Virus genome (UHGV): UHGV-1367834
DNA length: 38,620 nt
DNA from: a virus
Direction: 5' to 3' (one strand)
Below are positions 25,535-32,601 of this stretch, one piece after another (position 1 is the first letter of the stretch; each line of letters starts with the position of its first letter). The notes beneath the pieces were generated by a model, which saw only the letters and a program-made list of their open reading frames with translations, made no database searches and was not told the origin of the DNA. Made by a program: the position numbers and the translations under genes.

Positions 25535-26636
25535 CTTCTAAAGGTTCATACCCATAATATGCACGAACTTCGTTTTCTTTGATAGTTGATAGTAGCTCTT
25601 TACTTGCTTTTCCACTAAATAATTGTTTGCGTCTGTCATCTAATGTATCGTTCATTAGACTTGAAAAGTCCATTTCTAAAACATTACCTGTTTTAATTGC
25701 GATTTCGTCACAGATTGCGGATTCATATTGACTAATTGTTGACGCAATATAGATGTCATTTTGTCCGCTATCAGTTGAGTTTACTAATTCCATACCAAAG
25801 CGGTTCAATGGAATACCTAATACTTTTGCGATTTGTTGCGTACTGAATTTATTTGATTGAATCAATTTCAAAATATCAGTATTCATTTTGTATTCTGTGA
25901 AGTCTGTTGCTTCATCTAAAACGATAACGCCATTACTGTTTGTGCTTCCACCGTTAGCTCTTTCAAAATCTTCACGAATTTTCTTTTTGGTTGCGTTGTC
26001 TACATAACCTTTTTTAAGTTTTAAGATTCCGCCACCGAAAACACCGTTAGCAAAGAACTTGGATAAAATCTTGTTGCCGTTTGTTTGCATTCCGATTTCA
26101 TCACGTAAAGACAATAAAGGACTACGACCAATGAAACCATCTACAACTGAAATTCTAAAGTGTAAGATGTCACGTGGTTCACACCGTAACATGTGGTTGC
26201 CATAATCTAACGTTACATCATAGCGCCATTCACCTGTTGTCATATCTTGAATTAGGTTCACTTGGTCTGCTGTTACAAACTCTAATGACTTAATTGGTGA
26301 GTTATAATCATTCTCTTTTTCTCTGTGAATGATTGCGTATGAGTTACCATAAAGAATCAGCTGTGCAACCGTTGCATACATGAATGTATAATGACTTTGT
26401 TTTTCATGTGGTCGCTTGTTGATTAGTTGTAAAAAGTTTTGGTCTGCGTGTTCGTCTGGAACTTTTCTAAATAGTGATTTACCAATGTCACCACCAATGA
26501 TATTTACACCTGTGAACACGTCTGAATTTTGTAATGCTCGTTCACCTGTCAAATATCCTAGGTTATCCATTCCGCTTTCAATATAATCAATGAAATTCTT
26601 CTCTGCTTTAGTCTGTGGTGCAATAAATACGCCCAT
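25458..26636 (-). CDS. portal protein (HK97 family)
   Basis: 392 aa located between terL and the protease gene. RBS AGGTGA. Confidence 0.75.
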   Translation of the reverse strand: MGVFIAPQTKAEKNFIDYIESGMDNLGYLTGERALQNSDVFTGVNIIGGDIGKSLFRKVPDEHADQNFLQLINKRPHEKQSHYTFMYATVAQLILYGNSYAIIHREKENDYNSPIKSLEFVTADQVNLIQDMTTGEWRYDVTLDYGNHMLRCEPRDILHFRISVVDGFIGRSPLLSLRDEIGMQTNGNKILSKFFANGVFGGGILKLKKGYVDNATKKKIREDFERANGGSTNSNGVIVLDEATDFTEYKMNTDILKLIQSNKFSTQQIAKVLGIPLNRFGMELVNSTDSGQNDIYIASTISQYESAICDEIAIKTGNVLEMDFSSLMNDTLDDRRKQLFSGKASKELLSTIKENEVRAYYGYEPLEDGETTVKTESEEKEVYENETDATGN

Positions 26637-26640
26637 TTAA

Positions 26641-26805
26641 CTATTCACCTTCTTTCAATTCTAGGTATAATACTACTGCTGGTACTAATAATGATAGCCC
26701 TAATGCTACTAAACCAGCTACAATGCTAACAAAAAACATGCTTGTTACAAGCGCTAATACTCCTAAAACGTAAAATAGCACTACATAAATTACTGGATTT
26801 TTCAT
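26641..26805 (-). CDS. small membrane protein
   Basis: The track ORF is 26641-26844. An internal ATG with RBS AGGAGGG gives about 54 aa with two transmembrane segments. Confidence 0.4.
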   Translation of the reverse strand: MKNPVIYVVLFYVLGVLALVTSMFFVSIVAGLVALGLSLLVPAVVLYLELKEGE

Positions 26806-26879
26806 ATTAAACCCTCCTATACACCTTATTTTAACACAAAACATATAAAAAAAGAGTGGTGTTTAGCCACTCTTTTAAT

Positions 26880-27146
26880 TTATGCTAATTTACGTAATGT
26901 TTTACCTTCATCATTTAATAGATATACACCATAAACTTTAAACCCTTCATAATTATCAAGGTTTTCAATCTCAATTTCAAACGTATTTTTTCGTACCACT
27001 AAAATTTGAGTACCATCTTTCTTGAAACATTTGATACCATCTGTAAATTGTTGAGTATGTGTAATCCCATCTACATAATCTACCAACGCGGAACACGGTT
27101 CTCCTTCTGGTAATTCCTTTACTACCTTGTTAATTTGTAATAACAT
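26880..27146 (-). CDS. hypothetical protein
   Basis: The track ORF is 26880-27209. An internal ATG at about 27146 has RBS AAAGGAAG and an upstream TGATATACT -10. Confidence 0.5.
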   Translation of the reverse strand: MLLQINKVVKELPEGEPCSALVDYVDGITHTQQFTDGIKCFKKDGTQILVVRKNTFEIEIENLDNYEGFKVYGVYLLNDEGKTLRKLA

Positions 27147-27199
27147 TTGAATCTTCCTTTCTATCTGTCTGTTTTTGTTACTATCTCTAGTACTTCTAT

Positions 27200-27208
27200 A
27201 GTATATCA
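27200..27208 (-). promoter_or_regulatory. extended -10 element (TGATATACT)
   Basis: The reverse complement of AGTATATCA lies just after the terL stop. Confidence 0.4.
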
Positions 27209-27234
27209 TATATCCCTTACCTTGTTGGTGTTAC

Positions 27235-28959
27235 TTAAATACCAAAGCCAAATGTACCTTGCTCTAACATGTTTTCAAAACTTGAATATCCAAAGTCATA
27301 ATACATTGCTTCACTCATTGCATTTATTAAAGCGTCCAATGAATCAATCTTGTTACGATTCATTTTCTTTTCAATTGCTATGTTGTCAGCAAACTCTTTC
27401 ATATACGCATTATATATCGCTGTATTGAGTAGTGGGTTGTTTTGATGTATTATATCACCTTTGTATATTGCGTCCCTTAGATACTTTGTAGGGGCGTTTA
27501 AATACTGTATCCGCTGTGGTACTTCAATTAGATAGCGTTCACCGAAAACTTCCGCTAGTCGCAAGACTGATTGTGAAGCTTGGTGACCATCATAGAAAAT
27601 ACCTTGTAGGTCCAAATCATATGTTTCAACAAAATCAACTATCCAGTCGCACATGTCCGCATGGTCAATCAATCCTGATTCTAACTTACTAATTGAAACG
27701 ATGCCTTCATTCTCATATTGGCGATATGGTATTTTGTCCTCTTGAATTTTCTTTTCAATACCTCCAATTGATGAAATGAAACCATGTGTATTTACGAGTA
27801 ACTTCTCTTCTTCTGCAATTGGTATAATCCAGCTAACCGCTGTTATATCTTTTGTACGTGATAAGTCCATTCCAATAAATACAGGACGTTTTCTAATATC
27901 ATATTCTTTTGTTGCTTTGATTGCGTCCCAACTTTCTTTATCCATAAAGCTATCTTGTGAAGCTTGTACCCAGAAATTCATTTCTTTAGTTAACCAACCA
28001 CTCATGTCACCTTTTGCTTTATACTCTGCCAATGAATTAACCTTATGTTCGTACATGGTTTCATACAATTGTGTATTCTCAAACAGTGGGTTTGATTTTA
28101 TCCAATTGGCTTGGTCATCAACTTCGCTGATACTATCCATTTCCCAACATAAAGCAAGGTATGCGTCTGCTTCAACCTCTTCATTTAATAGCTTAGTTAT
28201 AAATGGATATTCTATGCTGTGCATTGGTCCATTAAGATTTTTAGTTGTTGTACTAATAATCAAAATCAAACCTTGTGGTTGTTGTGATTGTGAACTTTCC
28301 AATACCTCAATTAATGCTGTGCTTTTTGCTTCTCCGTATTCATCTAATACACCGCAAAGTACGTCTAGTCCGTCTAAACTATCTGCGTCACTTGCTAAAG
28401 GTTTAACAGTTGATTCATCTTCTAAATGTTCAATGTCATATTTGTTTACCTTAGTAATTTTACGCACACTATCACTTGAATTTCTCAATGCTTTAAGCTG
28501 TGATTTTAACATACGGAATACAATTCCAGCTTGTTCTTTAGTATTTGCGCCAGCTACAATCTGTCTTGAAGCTTTTGGATATTGTCCTAAGATGAACTCA
28601 TACAATGAAATACCAGCAACCAGAATTGATTTACCGTTTTTACGTGCTAAACTGATATATACTTTTCTGAATCTACGCATTTTATTACTCTTTTTGCGCC
28701 AACCATAGATTAATGCTACAATAAACTTCTGGAACTTAGCTAGTTTATTTGTCTTTTTACTTTTTGGGTCTGGTAACATTTCAATAAATGCGACTGGTTC
28801 ATATGTTTCGCTTGGGTCGTAATAGTATGGATAAGCTGGGTCTTTTGATTTTTCTAGGTCCTTTTCATGTCGTCTAATCGCTTGCTTGATTTTATTACCT
28901 ATTGGTATTTGATTATCTCTTATATAATTAATATAATCAGCTACAAAGTCTTGATTCAT
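27235..28959 (-). CDS. terL: terminase large subunit
   Basis: The N-terminus from the ATG is MNQDFVADYINYIRDNQIPIGNKIKQAIRRH..., typical of TerL. The size is right, and the ATPase region (MDLSRTKDITAVS) and nuclease region are present. RBS AGGAGG. The track ORF starts 11 codons earlier at a TTG. Confidence 0.9.
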   Translation of the reverse strand: MNQDFVADYINYIRDNQIPIGNKIKQAIRRHEKDLEKSKDPAYPYYYDPSETYEPVAFIEMLPDPKSKKTNKLAKFQKFIVALIYGWRKKSNKMRRFRKVYISLARKNGKSILVAGISLYEFILGQYPKASRQIVAGANTKEQAGIVFRMLKSQLKALRNSSDSVRKITKVNKYDIEHLEDESTVKPLASDADSLDGLDVLCGVLDEYGEAKSTALIEVLESSQSQQPQGLILIISTTTKNLNGPMHSIEYPFITKLLNEEVEADAYLALCWEMDSISEVDDQANWIKSNPLFENTQLYETMYEHKVNSLAEYKAKGDMSGWLTKEMNFWVQASQDSFMDKESWDAIKATKEYDIRKRPVFIGMDLSRTKDITAVSWIIPIAEEEKLLVNTHGFISSIGGIEKKIQEDKIPYRQYENEGIVSISKLESGLIDHADMCDWIVDFVETYDLDLQGIFYDGHQASQSVLRLAEVFGERYLIEVPQRIQYLNAPTKYLRDAIYKGDIIHQNNPLLNTAIYNAYMKEFADNIAIEKKMNRNKIDSLDALINAMSEAMYYDFGYSSFENMLEQGTFGFGI

Positions 28960-28980
28960 TTTGTATACCTCCTCATATGT

Positions 28981-28991
28981 ATTATAGCACA
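28981..28991 (-). promoter_or_regulatory. extended -10 promoter (TGTGCTATAAT) for terL
   Basis: The reverse complement of ATTATAGCACA lies immediately after the terminator of the non-coding unit. Confidence 0.55.
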
Positions 28992-29048
28992 AATAAAAAG
29001 ACTTAGGTCATGAGTTTATCCAAAGGGGATAACAAACTTACCTAAGTC
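28991..29048 (-). terminator. intrinsic terminator ending the terS-terL intergenic transcript
   Basis: On the minus strand GACUUAGGU and ACCUAAGUC form a 9-bp stem (with extendable inner pairing) followed by UUUUUAUUUG. Confidence 0.6.
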
Positions 29049-29492
29049 AATTGGTCGCACGACAACCGTTCTTTATACTGCACCTCATGTGTACAGTTAA
29101 TGTTCAACCCTTATAGGTGGCTGGACACCATTCTTAAATGATTAAGTGTTGTTATGTGGTTGGCGGACCTTCCACATACGGACTGCCTCACAACACTTAA
29201 TAGAGTTTTGCTCACTTGGTTAAGGAGGTAAGAGCATTCCTTTTTGTGTTGATTGCTACCCATCTCATGATAGCCCTTCTGGTTAGGTTTTCACACCTAT
29301 GGTTGCGCTACTGTTAAGCATAGTAGTTGCTACTCCTAGTATTATTTTATACTTAGTTAAGCCCCTAGGCGGGAGCAAGCTGTCAACCATAGCCCGCTAA
29401 TATTTCCGCAACTTATACCAAAGTTGTGCCTGAATGATATCACCCACTATCATTCTAAAACCTACAAATAATCTGGAAGGCGTTTTCCATAA
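28995..29492 (-). ncRNA. candidate large structured non-coding RNA of about 500 nt, with its own promoter and terminator, between terS and terL
   Basis: No ORF of 60 aa or more on either strand. A TGTGTTATAAT -10 starts directly after the terS stop, and an intrinsic terminator ends the unit. The region is visibly richer in G+C than its surroundings and has many stems, for example TTAAGTGTTGT / ACAACACTTAA (11 bp), ATGTGG / CCACAT and GGCGGG / CCCGC. Confidence 0.5.
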
Positions 29493-29496
29493 ATAC

Positions 29497-29507
29497 ATTA
29501 TAACACA
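29497..29507 (-). promoter_or_regulatory. extended -10 promoter (TGTGTTATAAT) driving the intergenic non-coding transcript
   Basis: The reverse complement of ATTATAACACA starts within 10 nt of the terS stop codon. Confidence 0.5.
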
Positions 29508-29512
29508 AAATA

Positions 29513-29986
29513 TTAACCTTGTGTGCGCATTTTAAGCAATTGACCTAGTGGGTCTTTTGATTCATCTTCAACTTCTTTTGGTGCTACCAATTTTAATCTT
29601 GAATTGATAGTTAAACCTAGGTCATTTGTTGCACTTTTAATTTGCTTACTATAACCCATCATGGCGGTTACTTTGGGGTTCAGTTTTCCGTCCTCTGTCA
29701 CTTCACCCTCAATAGAGACCTCCTCTGCTAATTTACTATATAAGTAAACGTAGTTACAATAAGAAACCAGTGTTTGTGAATCTAACTCACTAAGCGGTAA
29801 TGACCCAGCAAAGTTACCAATTCTTTCCCATTCTGGATATGCACCCCTTAACAACCCCATTGGAAAATATGAAAAGTCTAAAGGTTCGTAATTATATAAC
29901 TTCTCCTCTTCTTTTTTCTTTTGAAATTGTTGTTCTTGTGTTAAATTACCCTGTTGTGCATTTAATAACTTACGTGGTCTACCCAT
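29513..29986 (-). CDS. terS: terminase small subunit (P27-like)
   Basis: 157 aa. The basic N-terminus MGRPRKLL, its size and its position directly upstream of terL resemble P27-family TerS. RBS AAGGAGGTG. Confidence 0.7.
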   Translation of the reverse strand: MGRPRKLLNAQQGNLTQEQQFQKKKEEEKLYNYEPLDFSYFPMGLLRGAYPEWERIGNFAGSLPLSELDSQTLVSYCNYVYLYSKLAEEVSIEGEVTEDGKLNPKVTAMMGYSKQIKSATNDLGLTINSRLKLVAPKEVEDESKDPLGQLLKMRTQG

Positions 29987-30479
29987 TATTTTTCACCTCC
30001 TTATATTTAAAGGTGTAACCTCCACATGTTTTGCGCTTACCTTTTAAAACTTTTACAATTGAACCATCATCAATTTTCAAATCTCTAGCGCAACCTCTAA
30101 TTGAATCATACTCAATTCCATTTGAACAAATTATTTGTTTTGATTTTTGTGTTTTCTGCTGTGTTTCAATTTGTCGTTTGGTTCTTGTTCCATGATTGAT
30201 ATTCTCTTTAGATGTTGACCATTCTAGGTTAGATACAAAATTATTTGTTTTGCATTCATCAATATGGTTTACCTGTGGTTTGTTATCTGGGTTTGGTATA
30301 AATGCTTCTGCAACTAAACGGTGTACCCTCCTAAAGTGTGCTTTATTATCTTTCCACAATGTAACTGTCTTATATCCATCTTTGTCAATATTTTGTTTTA
30401 ACCGTTTGACGTTGTTATATACATTACCATAGTTGTCAACGTAGTATCTACCTTTAAATTCTAATACATCTTTCTTCAT
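29979..30479 (-). CDS. HNH homing endonuclease (NUMOD4/HNH_3 type)
   Basis: Motifs [32 protein letters not shown]...NINHG, C-terminal tail GGYTFKYK. The likely start is the second ATG (MKKDVLEF...) with RBS AGGAGG. A TGTTATACT -10 lies about 25 nt upstream. Confidence 0.8.
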   Translation of the reverse strand: MKKDVLEFKGRYYVDNYGNVYNNVKRLKQNIDKDGYKTVTLWKDNKAHFRRVHRLVAEAFIPNPDNKPQVNHIDECKTNNFVSNLEWSTSKENINHGTRTKRQIETQQKTQKSKQIICSNGIEYDSIRGCARDLKIDDGSIVKVLKGKRKTCGGYTFKYKEVKNNG

Positions 30480-30504
30480 TGTATAACCTCCTATATAATA
30501 TTTA

Positions 30505-30517
30505 ATAGTATAACACA
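30505..30517 (-). promoter_or_regulatory. extended -10 (TGTGTTATACT) for the HNH gene upstream of terS
   Basis: Read on the minus strand just upstream of the HNH RBS. Confidence 0.4.
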
Positions 30518-30535
30518 TTATATAATAGGTGTAAA

Positions 30536-30727
30536 CTATACAACTTCAATAATTTCATAGTGGCGATTCTTACCACCTAGCTTAGTTTTGATGTCTTTAA
30601 AATAGCCAGATTTTTTACCATAAAATTTGTCTGCTTCTGTTTGCGATTTGAAGGCTCTTGTCTGCTGGGTTCGCAAATCTTTTACCATAATAGGTTTTGG
30701 AGCTGGAATAATAATCACACCTTTCAT
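30536..30727 (-). CDS. stand-alone homolog of the C-terminal DNA-binding domain of homing endonucleases (orphan domain, about 63 aa)
   Basis: KPIMVKDLRTQQTRAFKSQTEADKFYGKKSGYFKDIKTKLGGKNRHYEII matches the C-terminal tails of the HNH paralogs here (...GGYIFEKI, ...GGWQFERI). It has its own TGTGCTATAAT promoter at about 30765-30775. Confidence 0.45.
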   Translation of the reverse strand: MKGVIIIPAPKPIMVKDLRTQQTRAFKSQTEADKFYGKKSGYFKDIKTKLGGKNRHYEIIEVV

Positions 30728-30764
30728 TATATATTTTAGTTTAAAAGAAAAAGTCCCTAACAAT

Positions 30765-30775
30765 ATTATAGCACA
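30765..30775 (-). promoter_or_regulatory. extended -10 promoter (TGTGCTATAAT)
   Basis: The reverse complement of ATTATAGCACA. Confidence 0.45.
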
Positions 30776-30984
30776 AAAACTGTTGTTTGAGAAACCAGCT
30801 TTTGTGCTGTTTGTGAGGGAAGAAATTCGTATTAGTGAGATTATGAAACAATGTGTGAAACGTTTGATATTATTAAAAAGAAACCTGTTTTGAATCGTTT
30901 TTTACGAGGGAAAAAGGCTGTTTTGAAACTTCGTTTTTAGAATTTTGTGTGAAGAGAAGGAATCTCCGATTGTAGCCACCAAAA

Positions 30985-31050
30985 TATTGAGGGGGGGCAT
31001 TAAAATTTTCAGCTACCCTCCCCTCGCTTTTGGCGCTATCCCCCTTAAAA
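30985..31050. other. G/C homopolymer-tract hairpin region; candidate cos site and/or bidirectional terminator
   Basis: GAGGGGGGGCATTAAAATTTTCAGCTACCCTCCCCTCGCTTTTGGCGCTATCCCCCTT contains G7, CCCTCCCCTC and C5 tracts, which stand out in an AT-rich genome. It sits between the classic HNH gene and terS. Confidence 0.4.
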
Positions 31051-31446
31051 TTATTTATGGTTAGCCCTACCTGCATTTTTAAAGGAATGAGCGTGGTCCT
31101 CTTTATTGTGACAGGATTGACAAATTGATTCTAAATTATTAATATCTAAACGTTTTTCCCAACCAATTGGTGTACGTATTTCCTCCACATGGTGGACGAT
31201 AGTGGCAAGCGTCTTGGTGTGGTCATTGCGTTCACATACTTCACATAATGGATTGATACTTAACTTGTATTGTCTTAATCTTTTCCATTCACTTGACTGG
31301 TAGAACTCTGCATACCTTTTGTTCTGTGGATTAGTGCGCACATACTTATTGTATTGCGTGGCACTATTACCTTTGTGCTTAGCACAGTACACCTCTGGTT
31401 GCTTTACATATTCTCTACATAAAGCAAGCTTACATTTCTTATACAT
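31051..31446 (-). CDS. HNH endonuclease (classic zinc-finger HNH, terminase-associated type)
   Basis: CEVCERNDHTKTLATIVHHVEEI...NNLESICQSCHNKEDH carries the paired Cys and the H-N-H residues. The start is coupled to the upstream stop (TAATG). Confidence 0.8.
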   Translation of the reverse strand: MYKKCKLALCREYVKQPEVYCAKHKGNSATQYNKYVRTNPQNKRYAEFYQSSEWKRLRQYKLSINPLCEVCERNDHTKTLATIVHHVEEIRTPIGWEKRLDINNLESICQSCHNKEDHAHSFKNAGRANHK

Positions 31447-31661
31447 TAGAATGAGTACATGTCTTTCTTAGTTACAGTATCACTAAAGGTATATGATGTC
31501 AAGTGGTGTGGTGCTGTTTGGTCTGTGCATTTCGTTGTGTCAGTATCCTTGTTACCTTGTTCTGTTAACACTCCCTCTAGTGTTCTGATGTATGCCACTA
31601 GGTCCACCTTGTTACTCTTTAGTAACTGCTTATCTGTCTTATTATATAGTTCATGTTCCAT
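31446..31661 (-). CDS. hypothetical protein
   Basis: 71 aa, coupled between the membrane ORF and the HNH gene. Confidence 0.45.
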   Translation of the reverse strand: MEHELYNKTDKQLLKSNKVDLVAYIRTLEGVLTEQGNKDTDTTKCTDQTAPHHLTSYTFSDTVTKKDMYSF

Positions 31662-31861
31662 TAGTCGTTACCTCGTTTAGTTGCTTTGAATAGTACAGTG
31701 AATACAATGTTAACAATAACTAACCATGCGATTAGTGTGTGACCTGTTGCAAACAATACACCTACAATTACCCATATGATATAGATGTTAAGTGCTAACA
31801 AACCGAGTACCAAGATACTTGCTAATACAATCCCAATGATGTTTCCTGCTTCTTTATTCAT
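31661..31861 (-). CDS. small membrane protein with two transmembrane segments
   Basis: 66 aa, strongly hydrophobic. RBS AGGAGG; a TGCTATAAT promoter lies upstream. Confidence 0.5.
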   Translation of the reverse strand: MNKEAGNIIGIVLASILVLGLLALNIYIIWVIVGVLFATGHTLIAWLVIVNIVFTVLFKATKRGND

Positions 31862-31888
31862 AATTAATTCCTCCTAATATGTTTTACT

Positions 31889-31898
31889 TTACTTCTAT
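31889..31898 (-). promoter_or_regulatory. extended -10 promoter (TGCTATAAT) at the start of the minus-strand block
   Basis: The reverse complement of ATTATAGCA lies about 25 nt upstream of the RBS of the 31861 ORF. Confidence 0.5.
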
Positions 31899-31956
31899 AT
31901 TATAGCATACCTATTTGTGCTTTAGGGAGTAGATTAATCATTGATAACCAATGAAA

Positions 31957-32105
31957 TGTTCTTCATGTGTTCTTCATGTGTTCTTGATGTTCTCGATGTG
32001 TTCTCTGTTTAAGTAACCAATTGTCGCAATGAGGAACACCTATAAACGTTGATAAACCAACATTCTTAGCCTATTTTATTATAAGTGTTCTCTGTGTTCT
32101 CTGTA
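31957..32105. repeat. iteron array of direct repeats (TGTTCTTCATG x2, TGTTCTTGATG, TCTCGATG, TGTTCTCTG x3)
   Basis: Read directly from the sequence. The core hexamer TGTTCT is reiterated in tandem at 31957-32007 and 32086-32103. Confidence 0.7.
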
Positions 32106-32245
32106 TATTCTACTCCATCTGTAGAAAAATATATAATAGAAGATAAGTATATATATAGAATGAGTTAAAACAATGAGGAACACAAAGACCATGTAGAACA
32201 AGCCTACTCTCCCAAGGTATTCAGACGTTCTTTGTACGATTTCAA

Positions 32246-32280
32246 CAGAGAACAAACAGAGAACAGATGAAGAACATTTC
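32246..32280. repeat. inverted copies of the iterons (CAGAGAACAAACAGAGAACAGATGAAGAACATTTC)
   Basis: Its reverse complement, GAAATGTTCTTCATCTGTTCTCTGTTTGTTCTCTG, matches the units of the left array. An AT-rich stretch at 32118-32165 lies between the two sets. Confidence 0.7.
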
Positions 32281-32320
32281 AACTGGTTTCATTATTTTTA
32301 AATTAATTTGAACAAAAGTG

Positions 32321-32351
32321 TTGACAACTACTATAGCACATGTTATAGTAG
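32321..32351 (+). promoter_or_regulatory. early promoter P4 (TTGACA, 17-nt spacer, TATAGT) with the inverted repeat CTACTATA-N8-TATAGTAG
   Basis: First + promoter of the right-hand early block. The palindrome spans the spacer and the -10. Confidence 0.6.
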
Positions 32352-32390
32352 GTACATAAGATAACAACAAACAAATTGGAGGAATTAAAA

Positions 32391-32525
32391 ATGACAAAAG
32401 AACAAATCAATGCAGAAGTGAAATTACAAGAAATGTTAGGTAACAAATTAGAAGTGATTCAATTAGGTAATGACATTTACATGTATCTTAATGGTGAATC
32501 ATACAAAACAGCTGAATTAATTTAA
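32391..32525 (+). CDS. small hypothetical protein of about 44 aa, not in the ORF track
   Basis: Strong RBS AATTGGAGGAATTAAAAATG downstream of promoter P4. The reading frame is MTKEQINAEVKLQEMLGNKLEVIQLGNDIYMYLNGESYKTAELI. Confidence 0.5.
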   Translation: MTKEQINAEVKLQEMLGNKLEVIQLGNDIYMYLNGESYKTAELI

Positions 32526-32539
32526 TAAAAATCAGAAAA

Positions 32540-32572
32540 GGGGTTGACAAGTTCAGCCCCAACTGATATACT
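32540..32572 (+). promoter_or_regulatory. early promoter P5 (TTGACA, 17-nt spacer, TATACT) with its -35 embedded in the GGGGTTGA/TCAGCCCC hairpin
   Basis: Duplicated module: 32530-32585 matches 36655-36710. Confidence 0.6.
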
Positions 32573-32601
32573 AAATATATAAATTAAAGGGAGGATATAA
32601 A

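Noticed and set aside
27776-28708. A 310-aa plus-strand ORF
   Set aside because: It is entirely antisense to the terminase large subunit gene and has a hydrophobic, low-complexity composition with no RBS. It is spurious.
28991-29512. A group I or II intron interrupting terS or terL
   Set aside because: Both flanking genes are intact with their own start and stop codons and RBSs, and the element has its own promoter and terminator. An intergenic non-coding RNA or packaging site fits better. A degenerate intron relic cannot be fully excluded without covariance models.
31957-32105. A possible CRISPR-like array, considered because of the short tandem repeats
   Set aside because: The units are 9-11 nt and contiguous with no spacers, and the same units recur inverted 150 bp away. 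That is iteron or operator architecture, not CRISPR.
32079-32282. A 67-aa minus-strand ORF in the divergent control region
   Set aside because: It is composed of the iteron and inverted-repeat sequence itself and has no RBS. It is more plausibly non-coding regulatory or origin DNA.
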